This document shows, piece by piece, positions 18,097-27,274 of a stretch of 37,194 nucleotides of DNA. Where the stretch lies: NCBI GenBank assembly GCA_031458695.1, contig JAVKJW010000022.1:1-37194 (forward strand), written 5' to 3'. Numbering within the stretch: position 1 is the first letter of the stretch; each line of letters begins with the position of its first letter. A model generated the notes under the pieces. The model was not told where the DNA came from, searched no databases, and saw only the letters and a list, made by a program, of their open reading frames with translations. The translations under genes were made by a program, and so were the position numbers. Source of the stretch: Candidatus Thermofontivivens primus (GTDB lineage: Bacteria > Sysuimicrobiota > Sysuimicrobiia > Sysuimicrobiales > Thermofontiviventaceae).

Positions 18097-18543
18097 ATGA
18101 TGGATTTCTATCGCGTGCTTGGCCAGCGGATCCGCCAGGCGCGGAAGGAAAGCCGCTATAGCCAGGCTGAGCTGGGACGGTTGCTCGGCTACTCCGCGAA
18201 CGCGATCCTCGGGTGGGAGAAGGGAACGAGGCGCATCAACATCGAGGATTTGATGCGGCTGGCGGCCATATTAGATCGGCCGCTTTCGTTTTTCTTGGAG
18301 GGCATTACGGAGGAACCCCGGGAAAACGAACGTGTGGGCCAGGTCCGAGAGGCTTTTAGCACTTATGTCCACAGCGTGATCGCCGAAGCTATGAGCGAGC
18401 TGAAAGGTGAGCTAACCCGTACCTTCCATGAGATCATCCGAAGTCAGGAGTTCCGGGAAGCTGTGGTAGCGGCTGTCAAGGAAGGAGTGAGCCAACTTCC
18501 CCAGTTCCTGCCGAAGCAGCGGCAGCTCAAGGCGAGGCGTTAA
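18097..18543 (+). CDS. XRE-family HTH transcriptional regulator
   Basis: LGQRIRQARKESRYSQAELGRLLGYSANAILGWEKGTRRI...LSFFL; helical C-terminal extension. Confidence 0.88.
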   Translation: MMDFYRVLGQRIRQARKESRYSQAELGRLLGYSANAILGWEKGTRRINIEDLMRLAAILDRPLSFFLEGITEEPRENERVGQVREAFSTYVHSVIAEAMSELKGELTRTFHEIIRSQEFREAVVAAVKEGVSQLPQFLPKQRQLKARR

Positions 18544-18623
18544 CTCCACCCTCAGCCACCCCCTCCTCCCCATCGAGGGGGAGGAGTATGCGGAATCCAA
18601 AGGAAAAGGAGGATCCAGAAGTT

Positions 18624-19097
18624 TCATACAGGATTTACATCCTGGTCGCTTTCTGCAAGCGCCTCAGCCGTTCCTATGCGCCGGATCCCAGTGACCTTAT
18701 CAAAGCTCCTGTCAAAACTCGCTACCCACTTAATGTTGCCTTCTCTTGCGATCAGAACCAGAAGGCAGTCGTGAAACGATAGTCTTCCTTTGTACTCTTC
18801 CATTGTATCCAGAATGTGCTCCCACAACCTGGGAAGCTCAAGACCTGTCCACTCTAATATTTCTGCCGGAATCTCTTTGCGCACCCTCTGGATGACCGGT
18901 ACGGGATCAACCTTTCGCGCCAGCGCCCGTCTGGTCAGCACCGTGAACGTCTCGTTCACAACAAAATCAAGGTAGATGTATTTAGCACCCCGGTCCCGGA
19001 ACATATGATGAAGGGTCCTGGCAATGTGGTGGTAGGTATCCTGTTCATCCAGGTGCGCAACGAGAAAGCTTGTGTCCACCAGTACCCTAAGGCTCAT
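18624..19097 (-). CDS. PIN-domain toxin, VapC family
   Basis: VLVDTSFLVA, VVNET, LSFHDCLL, ASFDRSF acidic PIN residues; overlaps the antitoxin stop. Confidence 0.88.
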   Translation of the reverse strand: MSLRVLVDTSFLVAHLDEQDTYHHIARTLHHMFRDRGAKYIYLDFVVNETFTVLTRRALARKVDPVPVIQRVRKEIPAEILEWTGLELPRLWEHILDTMEEYKGRLSFHDCLLVLIAREGNIKWVASFDRSFDKVTGIRRIGTAEALAESDQDVNPV

Positions 19098-19362
19098 AGA
19101 GCCGTTTCTTATCCTTTACCGCATCGCCCCCGAGGCTGACCAAGCCGGTGAGCGTATCCAGAGAGGTCGCCGGAACCCCCGAAAGCTTCAACCGCCTGAC
19201 CGGTCGCGGGCGAAGAATCAGATCTCCTTCCTTGACCTCTATTTCGAGAAGGTCGCCCGGCCGGAGGCCCAGGCTGTCTCGAAGAGGCTTGGGAATGATG
19301 ATAGCTCCTTCTGTCCGAAGAGCTACGACCAGGGGCCCTTCCCGTTTTACGATCCGCGCCAT
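19087..19362 (-). CDS. AbrB/MazE/SpoVT-family antitoxin
   Basis: GAIIIPKPLRDSLGLRPGDLLEIEVKEGDLILRP; directly upstream of the PIN toxin. Start 19362 (GAGGTG RBS) or 19371. Confidence 0.88.
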   Translation of the reverse strand: MARIVKREGPLVVALRTEGAIIIPKPLRDSLGLRPGDLLEIEVKEGDLILRPRPVRRLKLSGVPATSLDTLTGLVSLGGDAVKDKKRLYEP

Positions 19363-19376
19363 CGCAATCACCTCTT

Positions 19377-19411
19377 ATTACAAGATTACAAGGATATCAT
19401 TATATTGTCAA
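19377..19411 (-). promoter_or_regulatory. Promoter of the toxin-antitoxin operon with tandem 8-bp repeat
   Basis: Minus strand TTGACA (19411-19406), 17 bp, TAATCT (19388-19383); ATTACAAG x2 at 19377-19392 overlaps the -10. Confidence 0.65.
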
Positions 19412-19611
19412 TGGGACTGCGAGTCCAGTTCCACGAAATTTTCACCCAAGCGGCAGGGGATGGATGCTGTAGGAGGAAGGCCAACGGCGAGGGTGAGGTC
19501 TTCGACCCTAGGGCTCCTGCCGAACCGCGAAGGTCCCTGCCGTGCCGGATAGGGAAGGAAGGAGGCGAGGAAACCTCGCCCTTACAATCCTAGGTGGCTC
19601 CTAGGGGGACG

Positions 19612-20289
19612 TTAGGCGGAAGTCACTCCTTCCACCTTCACCTTCATGGCCACCTCAGGCCCGATGGCTTGGCGGGTTCCCCCCACCTGCAGGAAGACAG
19701 GTCCTCCATACGGAGCGATCTCCTCCACGAGGATCTCCGCACCGGGCGTGAGGCCCAGGCGCACGAGGTACTGCACCATCTGCGCGTCCTCCTCAGGAAT
19801 TGAGGTCACGCGCGCTCGTTGCCCTGGGCGAAGGTCTCCAATAGAAGGCTGGCTCCGGGTTGGGAGATCCTCGTCGTCGTAGGGAATAGGATGACCGTGG
19901 GGACAGGTCTTCGGATTCCCCAGCACCTCGCGGAGATGCGTTTCCACCTCGCCACTAATGACGTGCTCCATCTTGCACGCTTCATCATATACCTTCTCCA
20001 GCTCCAGGTGGAGCAGACCCGCGAGGAGGTGCTCGGCAAGGCGGAGGCGACGGACCACCTGCACGGCGGTCTGTCGGCCAGCGGGGGTGAGGCGGATCCC
20101 CTCTTCCCCGGTTGTAATGAGCCCTTGTTGTTCCAGGCGCTTGAGCATCTCCGAGGCAGAAGGAGGGGAGACGCCCACTGACTCTGCCACCTTGGTGACC
20201 GTCACAGGCGGAAAGCTATATTGCAGCGTGTACACTGCTTTGAGATACATTTCGATGCGTTCAAATTTTCCGATGTCATGGGTGGTCAT
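19612..20289 (-). CDS. DtxR/MntR/IdeR-family metal-dependent repressor with C-terminal FeoA (SH3-like) domain
   Basis: EMYLKAVY, VSPPSASEMLKRL, EACKMEHVIS, CPHGHPIP, FeoA-like tail. Start uncertain (20289 or 20364). Confidence 0.9.
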   Translation of the reverse strand: MTTHDIGKFERIEMYLKAVYTLQYSFPPVTVTKVAESVGVSPPSASEMLKRLEQQGLITTGEEGIRLTPAGRQTAVQVVRRLRLAEHLLAGLLHLELEKVYDEACKMEHVISGEVETHLREVLGNPKTCPHGHPIPYDDEDLPTRSQPSIGDLRPGQRARVTSIPEEDAQMVQYLVRLGLTPGAEILVEEIAPYGGPVFLQVGGTRQAIGPEVAMKVKVEGVTSA

Positions 20290-20402
20290 GAGCCTGTTCC
20301 TCTGATCTTGGACTGTTGATGAATTCCCCTCGATCCTTTCATCCTCCTCCAGCGGCACAACCATCAGGTCTCCGACGGATCCCCTATCGGTTCTTGTAAG
20401 GA

Positions 20403-20434
20403 TTGACAGAATTTTTCTATTAGGGTATCCTAAT
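20403..20434 (+). promoter_or_regulatory. Sigma70 promoter of the ABC operon overlapped by a DtxR/MntR-type palindrome
   Basis: TTGACA (20403-20408), 17 bp, TATCCT (20426-20431); ATTAGG-GTAT-CCTAAT at 20419-20434. Confidence 0.75.
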
Positions 20435-20475
20435 TCATGACTTTTACCGTAAGGAATATGCAGCGGAGGTGGACC

Positions 20476-21429
20476 ATGTTCCATTACCGTATCCGGGGTA
20501 TGCGGCTGATTCCTGTTACCATAGGAGTTCTCGCTCTCCTCACCCTTCTCCCTTCTGGAGCGAATCCTAGCCCTAAATCTCGCCTGGTGGTAGCGATCCA
20601 GCCAACCTTCGCTGTGACAGAGATGCTAGACCGGGCGAAACCACTCGAACGCTTCTTGGAGCAAAGGCTCGGGAACAGGGTGGACGTGGAGATCTACATT
20701 CCTCTCAGCCAGGCCGGAGTGATCGAGGCGTTACGCTTCGGGCAAGCGCACGTCGCCTTCATGGGGCCCTGGGCTGCCCTCCTGGCCGTGGAGCGCGCGG
20801 GAGCGGAGCTCGTCCTGGCTGAAGTGCGGGAGGTACTCATCGACGGACAGAAGACCCAGGCGACCTATTATTTCTCCTACTGGATCGTCCTAAGGGACAG
20901 CCCTTATCAGTCGCTGGAGGAACTCCGGGGCAAGAGGGCCTGTTTCCCAAGTCCCGTCTCTACCTCGGGCTTCGTTGCCCCTATGGCGAGGCTGGTTGAA
21001 CTGAAGCTTCTCAGCAGGTCCGAGAGGGAAGAAGTGGATCCAAGACGGTTCTTTGGGGACGTTCTATTCGCTGGCGGCTACGGTCAGTGCTGGCAAGCCC
21101 TCAAAGCTGGTCAGGTGGATGTGACGGTCATCGCGGGGGATGTCCCGGAGAGCCTGTATAAGGAGGTCCTGGCGAACATACGGATCCTGGAGAAGCAGGG
21201 TCCTTTGCCTTCCCATGCGGTCCTCTTCAGCAAGGAGCTGAAGGAACCTCTCCGGACCCAACTTCTCAATGCCATCCTAGCCCTCGGGGCACCCGCATAC
21301 CGCGATCTCATGCGGACGTTCATCTCAGGGATCTTTGTGAGATTCCAGAAGAGCGACGCCACCACGCACCTCGGCCCACTGAAGCGGTTCCTGGAGCTGA
21401 CGGGGCTACGGTTCACCGAACGGCTGTGA
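20476..21429 (+). CDS. PhnD/SsuA/transferrin-family ABC substrate-binding protein
   Basis: GGAGGT RBS; signal-like hydrophobic stretch; VIEALRFGQAHVAFMGP, SLEELRGK, STSGFVAP motifs. Ligand uncertain. Confidence 0.85.
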   Translation: MFHYRIRGMRLIPVTIGVLALLTLLPSGANPSPKSRLVVAIQPTFAVTEMLDRAKPLERFLEQRLGNRVDVEIYIPLSQAGVIEALRFGQAHVAFMGPWAALLAVERAGAELVLAEVREVLIDGQKTQATYYFSYWIVLRDSPYQSLEELRGKRACFPSPVSTSGFVAPMARLVELKLLSRSEREEVDPRRFFGDVLFAGGYGQCWQALKAGQVDVTVIAGDVPESLYKEVLANIRILEKQGPLPSHAVLFSKELKEPLRTQLLNAILALGAPAYRDLMRTFISGIFVRFQKSDATTHLGPLKRFLELTGLRFTERL

Positions 21430-21445
21430 GGAAGGTGGAAGCCAT

Positions 21446-22255
21446 ATGAGATCCCCTGCGGCGGTCCGCGCACACGACGTCTGGTTCACCTATGGATCCC
21501 CACCCAGTGCCGGATGGGTGCTCCGGGGGATCTCCCTCGAGGTTCCACAAGGGTGCTTCTGGGCGATCCTCGGTCCCTCGGGCGCAGGAAAGACTACCCT
21601 GGTCAAGATCTTAGCCGGACTCCTCACCCCCCACCGCGGGGAAGTGGAGGTGCTCGGTCTCCCAATCGAACAGGGGAGAATCCCGCAGCACCTTCGCCAG
21701 AAGATTGGCTACATCCCCCAGCAACTCGGGCTGGTCCGTGGGCTCACAGCCCTGGAGAACGTCCTCCTAGGATCCCTGGGGAGGAATACCGGGCTCCTCC
21801 CCGTGCTAGGTCTCTTCCCAAAGGCCGATGTCAAGCGGGCGATGGAGTACCTGGAACTCCTGGGTATTGCCCATAAGGCGCACGAGAAGGTGTTCCGCCT
21901 GAGCGGCGGGGAGAGGCAGCGTGTGGCCATCGCGCGCACACTTCTTCAGGGGCCTAAAGTGATTTTCGCTGACGAGTTCGTCTCGGACCTAGACCTCCTC
22001 AGAGCGGGGCAGATCATTGAGACGATGCGTCACTTCGTAAAGCGGGACGGCATCACGTTCCTGCTCAACCTCCACGAGATCCAACTTGTACAGGAGTTCG
22101 CCGATGAGTTCTTGATCCTCAAAGAGGGGACCATTGTCTACCAAGGGGAAGCGCGATCTTTGACGATGTCGCTCTTTCAGGAGGTGCTCGAATACCACGG
22201 CGAAAGTTCCCCATCTTGTGCCGTGGGAGCCTTGGGAAACAGGGTTGATCTGTGA
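21446..22255 (+). CDS. ABC transporter ATPase, PhnC-like
   Basis: GPSGAGKTT, LSGGERQRVAIAR, IFADEF, LTALENVLLG. Confidence 0.9.
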   Translation: MRSPAAVRAHDVWFTYGSPPSAGWVLRGISLEVPQGCFWAILGPSGAGKTTLVKILAGLLTPHRGEVEVLGLPIEQGRIPQHLRQKIGYIPQQLGLVRGLTALENVLLGSLGRNTGLLPVLGLFPKADVKRAMEYLELLGIAHKAHEKVFRLSGGERQRVAIARTLLQGPKVIFADEFVSDLDLLRAGQIIETMRHFVKRDGITFLLNLHEIQLVQEFADEFLILKEGTIVYQGEARSLTMSLFQEVLEYHGESSPSCAVGALGNRVDL

Positions 22256-23022
22256 TGAAAGCTTTACGGCGAGAATCGATTGTCTACGGAGCCTTGCTCC
22301 TCCTGCTGGCCCTCGTGTTGGGGCAGCTCGGGTTCTTTGACCCGACACGCCTCTCCCGGGGGGTAGTCAACCTGATCACCTTCTCCAAGGACATGATCCC
22401 CCCCGACGTCACAATCCTCCCCCTCGCCGGGCGGGCCCTCTTTGAGACGGTCCAGATGGCCTTTGCGGGGACCTTTCTAGGCTTCCTCCTCTCCCTACCC
22501 CTTGGGATCCTAGGTACACGGACATTGTTCCCTCCCCCCTTCGTCCTCACGGTCCGGGTCATCGTTGGCGTTATCCGCACCATCCCCTCCTTGCTCTGGG
22601 CGGTCCTGTTCGTCATCGTCGTGGGGCTCGGTCCCCTCGCAGGAACTTTAGCTCTCGCCTTCTATACGGTGGGGTATCTGGCCAAGCTCTATGCTGAGTT
22701 CTTCGAAGGAGTAGACCCGGAGATTGTCGAGGCCGCCAAGGGAGTTGGAGCGAACCGCTTGCACCTGGCCAGGTTCGTCATCTGGCCAGAGAGCGCAAAC
22801 AGCGTTTTGAGCCAGCTCCTGTTCATGTTCGAGTACAACATCCGGGCCTCAGCGATCCTGGGCTTCGTGGGCGCAGGAGGGATCGGGTTCTACATGCAGG
22901 CGTACCTGAACACCCTCTCCTACCAGCGTCTTGCAACCCTGCTGATGATGATCTTTGCCCTGGTCTTGGCGATGGACCTCCTGAGCACCTGGATCCGCAA
23001 GCGCTATCTCCCCACAACCTAA
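22252..23022 (+). CDS. ABC transporter permease, PhnE-like
   Basis: ETVQMAFAGT, RTIPSLLWA, GLGPLAG, EAA loop, FEYNIRASAILGFVGAGGIG. Confidence 0.9.
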   Translation: MMKALRRESIVYGALLLLLALVLGQLGFFDPTRLSRGVVNLITFSKDMIPPDVTILPLAGRALFETVQMAFAGTFLGFLLSLPLGILGTRTLFPPPFVLTVRVIVGVIRTIPSLLWAVLFVIVVGLGPLAGTLALAFYTVGYLAKLYAEFFEGVDPEIVEAAKGVGANRLHLARFVIWPESANSVLSQLLFMFEYNIRASAILGFVGAGGIGFYMQAYLNTLSYQRLATLLMMIFALVLAMDLLSTWIRKRYLPTT

Positions 23023-23142
23023 ATATTCCTAGCAATTTCCCTTGCACACCAACATGCCATGATTTTGAACCACCAAGAAGCCGACAGAGTAGGACCTCGT
23101 AGACATCCCAGAGAATATTGCAAGAAAAGCTGGAGAGAACCA

Positions 23143-23880
23143 ATGGAATTTCGGAGCGGCTGGTTGCTGAACTTGACCGGGAGGTTGACCCCTTACCGAG
23201 AAGCGTGGGAGCTCCAGAAGGCCCTCGTCGTCGCTCGCCAGCAGGAGCTGGTCCCAGATAGTCTCATCCTCCTCGTGCACCCTCCCGTGATTACCATTGG
23301 CAGGTCGGGCAAGAGGGAACACCTCCTCATCCCTCCAGACATCCTCAAAGCCAGGGGGTTCGAGGTTTACGAAATCGAGCGGGGAGGGAGCGCCACATAC
23401 CATGGACCAGGCCAGCTCGTGGGGTATCCCATTCTCCACCTGCGCGCCTACAATGAGGACATCGTGCGATATATGCGGAACCTGGAGGAGACCATCATTC
23501 GCACTATCGCCGACTTCCAAATCCGTGGGGAGCGGATACGCGGGTATCCTGGTGTCTGGGTAGACGGGGCCAAGATCGCCGCCGTAGGGGTAGCGGTGAA
23601 GCGAAAGGTCACCATGCACGGGTTTGCCCTGAACGTCGATCCTGACCTCTCCCACTTCCAGGTGATCAACCCATGCGGGCTGGGAAAGCCTGTCACCTCC
23701 ATGGCCGCCGTCCTCGGACACCCTGTAGCCTTAGAGGAGGTTGCCGAGTCCTACACTCGCCATTTTATGGCCACCTACCACCTTGTCCTCACCCCCGTCT
23801 CCTTTGAGGGAATGCAGAGACAGCTGGAGGAGCTATATGGCACGGCGCTGCACCCCTCCGAGTGGTCCCTCAACAGATGA
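23143..23880 (+). CDS. lipB: Octanoyl-[ACP]:protein octanoyltransferase LipB
   Basis: HPPVITIG, RGGSATYHGPGQLVGYPI, KIAAVG, HGFALNV, INPCGL. Confidence 0.93.
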   Translation: MEFRSGWLLNLTGRLTPYREAWELQKALVVARQQELVPDSLILLVHPPVITIGRSGKREHLLIPPDILKARGFEVYEIERGGSATYHGPGQLVGYPILHLRAYNEDIVRYMRNLEETIIRTIADFQIRGERIRGYPGVWVDGAKIAAVGVAVKRKVTMHGFALNVDPDLSHFQVINPCGLGKPVTSMAAVLGHPVALEEVAESYTRHFMATYHLVLTPVSFEGMQRQLEELYGTALHPSEWSLNR

Positions 23881-23935
23881 AGGCACGGAGGAACAAACTT
23901 CCATCTGCGGAACATGCCTGTGAAAGGTGACATTC

Positions 23936-26800
23936 ATGGCAGTCCGTGTTCCTATCGTAGAAGCTAAGCTCGTGCCCCCAGCCATCCCGGCCGTGACGGT
24001 GCCGAGGCCTAGGCTCATTGCTCGCTTCCTCGAGGCAGTGAAGAAACCCCTCGTTCTTGTGGTCGCCGGGGCTGGCTACGGGAAGACCACCTTGCTCCGC
24101 CAAGTGGTCGCCACACTCCCCCAGAAGATGGTCTGGTACACCCTGGACAGGCGGGATGAGGATGTAGCCCTCTTCCTTCAATACCTCATCCAAGGCATCC
24201 GCGCCCATTTCCCTGGGTTTGGCCGGTCCATCGAGGCTGCCCTCCTCAGGAGGTCGGGTGAGGTCTCATCCAATTTTCTCCCGGCGATCGTCGCCAGCGA
24301 GCTGGGCAAAACCGTTACCAGCGAGCTCCTCTTAATCCTGGACGACTTCCAAGAGGTTCAGGGAAGCCGCGGACTGAGAGAGCTCCTGACCTATCTCCTT
24401 GATCACCTACCTGCCACGATGTGTGTCGTGATCCTCTCGCGAGTCAAACCGCTGCTCCCACTGGCGAGGTGGCGGACCGCCGGGCGGGTTGCAGAATTCA
24501 CTTCTGAGGACTTGAGGTTCACCATGGAGGAGGTACAAGCGCTCTGTGACCAGTTCTCCGGCGGACTCCTCCTTGAAGAGGTCGTGGACGCCCTCCACGC
24601 GAAGACCGAGGGATGGGCAGCGGGGCTGGTTCTGGCGTTGGAGAGCTTGCGAGGGAAAACCCCGGAGGAAGTCAGGAACCAAGTGCACAAGCTCTCCGGA
24701 ACTACCAGGTACATCTACGAGTATCTCTCGCAGGAAGTGTACGAGAGGCTCGAGCCAGAATGGAAGGACTTCTTGATCCATACGGCCATCCTGCCCTATC
24801 TGGATGTGCACTTCTGCAACCAGTTCCTGGGGATCTCCGCATCGAGGGAGATCCTTTTCTCCTTGGAGGAACGGCACGTCTTCGTGTCAAGCTTCTCTTC
24901 CCTTGAACACGCCCACCCAGGAGGTGCGCCTCCCCAGAGAGTCCAGGCCTTCCGGTACCATCCCCTGTTCCAGGACTTCCTTCTCTCCCGCCTTGTGGAA
25001 GAACAAGGGGCCGCGGCAGTGCGAAACCTCCACGCTAAGGCTGCAGAACTCCTCCGCGCACAGGGGGAGGAGGCCCTTTCCATCGATCATTTCCTCGCAG
25101 CCGGAAGAGTGAAAGAGGCTGCAGACCTCATCAAACGGATGAGTGAACCACTCCTGGCGCGAGGCTACCGGGATCTTGTCGCCTCATGGCTCCAACGTCT
25201 TCCAATCCAGGAAGTTTCCCTGGATAGTCACCTCCTTTACCTGTCCGGGCTTGCTGCACAGTACCGGGGCGAGTGGGATGAAGCCGGGATCGCCTACAGG
25301 AAAGCTTTGGAATTGTGTGCAGAAGGGCACGAGGTTCTCTCTGCCAAGATAAACTACCAGCTCGGCATGCTGGCCGCCACGCGCAGGTCTTATGGAGAGG
25401 CGAAAGCTCGCTATGAACAAGCTCTCAGGGCCGTCGAAGGGACGCAGGAAAGCTCCATGCTGGCTAGGGTGTACAACGGTTTAGGAGTGGTGTGCGCCAA
25501 CACGGCTATGCAGGACCAGGCGAAGGAGTACTACACCCGAGCCCTCGCCGCTGCAGAGCAGACAGGGGACCTCGGGATGGTCGCACGGATCTATAACAAC
25601 CTCGGGGTTACCCTGGCGATCCAGAGTGGCGACATCTCCCTGCAGGAAGCCCACGTCCATCGTGGCTTGGAACTCGCCCGGCGTGCGGAGGACCTTTATG
25701 TGCAGACCATCCTGATCAACAACCTGGCCTACATCGAGGCGATCCGCGGGGATTATGAGAGGGCTCTCCCCCTCTTCGCGCAGGTCATCACCCTAACCGA
25801 CCGATGCGGCGCAATGGATATCAAATCCATTGCCCTTGCCCGAAGAGGGTGGGTCCATCTCCTCACCGGTCGAAAACAGGCAGGATGGGAGGATTTCACC
25901 CAAAGCCTTGAGTTATGCAGGAAGGGGCTCGCGAACGAGCCAGATTCCCTTGTCTTCCTTGCCCACGGCTACATCCCTTGGGAAGAGCACGAGGAAGTCG
26001 TGCGCTGGCTACACCGCGCCCTGGAGTCCGTGGAGCGCTTGGGATACCCACAGGATACCATCGCTGGATGTCACGCAGGGTTGGGGCGGGTGTACCTCCG
26101 GCTGGGCTCCTTGGAGGAAGCCAGGACCCACCTGGAACGTGGCCTCGGACTTCTCGAGAACACCTCTTACTGGTTGCGTCCCTTCCTGCAACTGGACCTT
26201 GCGGAGGTCTTTTTGCGAGAGGGTGAGTGGGATCGAGCAAAGGAGCTCTGCACCGCGACCAGAAGCCTTGGGCTGACCCAGGAGGTACGCCCTGCCCTTG
26301 CCGAGGTCTACCGTCTCGAGGGGTTGATCGCAGCAAGGGAAGAGCGTTGGAATCCGGCAATCGAAGGCCTCCAGAGGTGCGTCGAGTGTTGGCGGCAGAT
26401 GGGGAGGGTGATCGACCTGGCGCGGGCTACGGGAGAGCTCGCAACCACCTGGTTTGAACGAGAGGGTCGCGGCAGCAGAACCGGTCAAAACCTTCTTCTG
26501 GAGGCCTTGCGCACCTGTGAGGAGATCGGTGCTCCGCAGGTATTCGCCAACCTCCTCGCCCTGGCTGGGAGGTTCGGTGTGGAGGTGAAAGGATCAGCCC
26601 CTCGGAGGGGACGGCTCACGGAAAGGGAAAAGGAGATCCTCCGCCTCGTTGCCCAGGGCATGACGAACAAAGAGATTGCCTTCCACCTTCGCTGTAGCGT
26701 GCGCACCGTAGATAGCCATCTTCGGAACATCCTTGACCGTCTCGAGGTGGCCTCCCGGAGCCAAGCGGTCGCCGTGGCGATCCAGGAAGGACTCCTCTAG
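23936..26800 (+). CDS. MalT-like STAND regulator (AAA ATPase + TPR sensor + LuxR HTH)
   Basis: KLVPP...RPRL start, GAGYGKTT Walker A, LILDDF Walker B, TEGWAAGL, RYHPLF, TPRs, LTEREKEIL...TVDSHL HTH. Confidence 0.92.
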   Translation: MAVRVPIVEAKLVPPAIPAVTVPRPRLIARFLEAVKKPLVLVVAGAGYGKTTLLRQVVATLPQKMVWYTLDRRDEDVALFLQYLIQGIRAHFPGFGRSIEAALLRRSGEVSSNFLPAIVASELGKTVTSELLLILDDFQEVQGSRGLRELLTYLLDHLPATMCVVILSRVKPLLPLARWRTAGRVAEFTSEDLRFTMEEVQALCDQFSGGLLLEEVVDALHAKTEGWAAGLVLALESLRGKTPEEVRNQVHKLSGTTRYIYEYLSQEVYERLEPEWKDFLIHTAILPYLDVHFCNQFLGISASREILFSLEERHVFVSSFSSLEHAHPGGAPPQRVQAFRYHPLFQDFLLSRLVEEQGAAAVRNLHAKAAELLRAQGEEALSIDHFLAAGRVKEAADLIKRMSEPLLARGYRDLVASWLQRLPIQEVSLDSHLLYLSGLAAQYRGEWDEAGIAYRKALELCAEGHEVLSAKINYQLGMLAATRRSYGEAKARYEQALRAVEGTQESSMLARVYNGLGVVCANTAMQDQAKEYYTRALAAAEQTGDLGMVARIYNNLGVTLAIQSGDISLQEAHVHRGLELARRAEDLYVQTILINNLAYIEAIRGDYERALPLFAQVITLTDRCGAMDIKSIALARRGWVHLLTGRKQAGWEDFTQSLELCRKGLANEPDSLVFLAHGYIPWEEHEEVVRWLHRALESVERLGYPQDTIAGCHAGLGRVYLRLGSLEEARTHLERGLGLLENTSYWLRPFLQLDLAEVFLREGEWDRAKELCTATRSLGLTQEVRPALAEVYRLEGLIAAREERWNPAIEGLQRCVECWRQMGRVIDLARATGELATTWFEREGRGSRTGQNLLLEALRTCEEIGAPQVFANLLALAGRFGVEVKGSAPRRGRLTEREKEILRLVAQGMTNKEIAFHLRCSVRTVDSHLRNILDRLEVASRSQAVAVAIQEGLL

Positions 26801-26849
26801 GAAGCCCAGCGGAATCCCTGGACAGGATCTCGCCGGAGCCGGCAGGCAT

Positions 26850-26869
26850 CATCGGCAAAATTACCGATG
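26850..26869. promoter_or_regulatory. 20-bp palindrome, candidate LuxR-HTH binding site
   Basis: CATCGG-CAAAATTA-CCGATG between the STAND regulator and the small HTH gene. Confidence 0.5.
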
Positions 26870-26974
26870 CGCCCCTTGCACAGGACGATCTCCCCTCTCA
26901 GCAAAATGCGCGATAGACATGCATTCTCAGCTCCGGTACCCTGCTCTCTGAGAGAGATGCAGGGAGGTGCCAAG

Positions 26975-27232
26975 ATGAACATGCTGATCCTCGGAACAAA
27001 GATCCGTGATGCACGCAGGCGCAGGGCCATGACCGTCACTGCGCTCGCCCGCTACCTTGGCGTCACCCACGCCGCCGTCTCCCAGTGGGAGCATGGGCGT
27101 TACAGCCCCTCGAAGAAGCACCGCGCACTCCTCTCGGTGATCTTCCCCGAGCTCAAGGGGGAGTTCGAGCAGGCGCAAAAGCTCATCCTCAACTCGATGC
27201 CAGCAGGAAGGAATGATGAGGTGACCTTTTAG
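26975..27232 (+). CDS. Small Cro/XRE-like HTH protein
   Basis: GGGAGGT RBS; GTKIRDARRRRAMTVTALARYLGVTHAAVSQWEHGRYSP. Confidence 0.82.
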   Translation: MNMLILGTKIRDARRRRAMTVTALARYLGVTHAAVSQWEHGRYSPSKKHRALLSVIFPELKGEFEQAQKLILNSMPAGRNDEVTF

Positions 27233-27274
27233 GAAACGAGCGCATCCGAAAGCTTTTGGGACATTCCCAAATCG

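Noticed and set aside
19420..19611. Possible ncRNA or riboswitch between the TA promoter and the dtxR stop
   Set aside because: Only a short hairpin (GGCGAGG-AAA-CCTCGCC, about 19564-19580) is evident, possibly a weak terminator; no recognisable RNA family.
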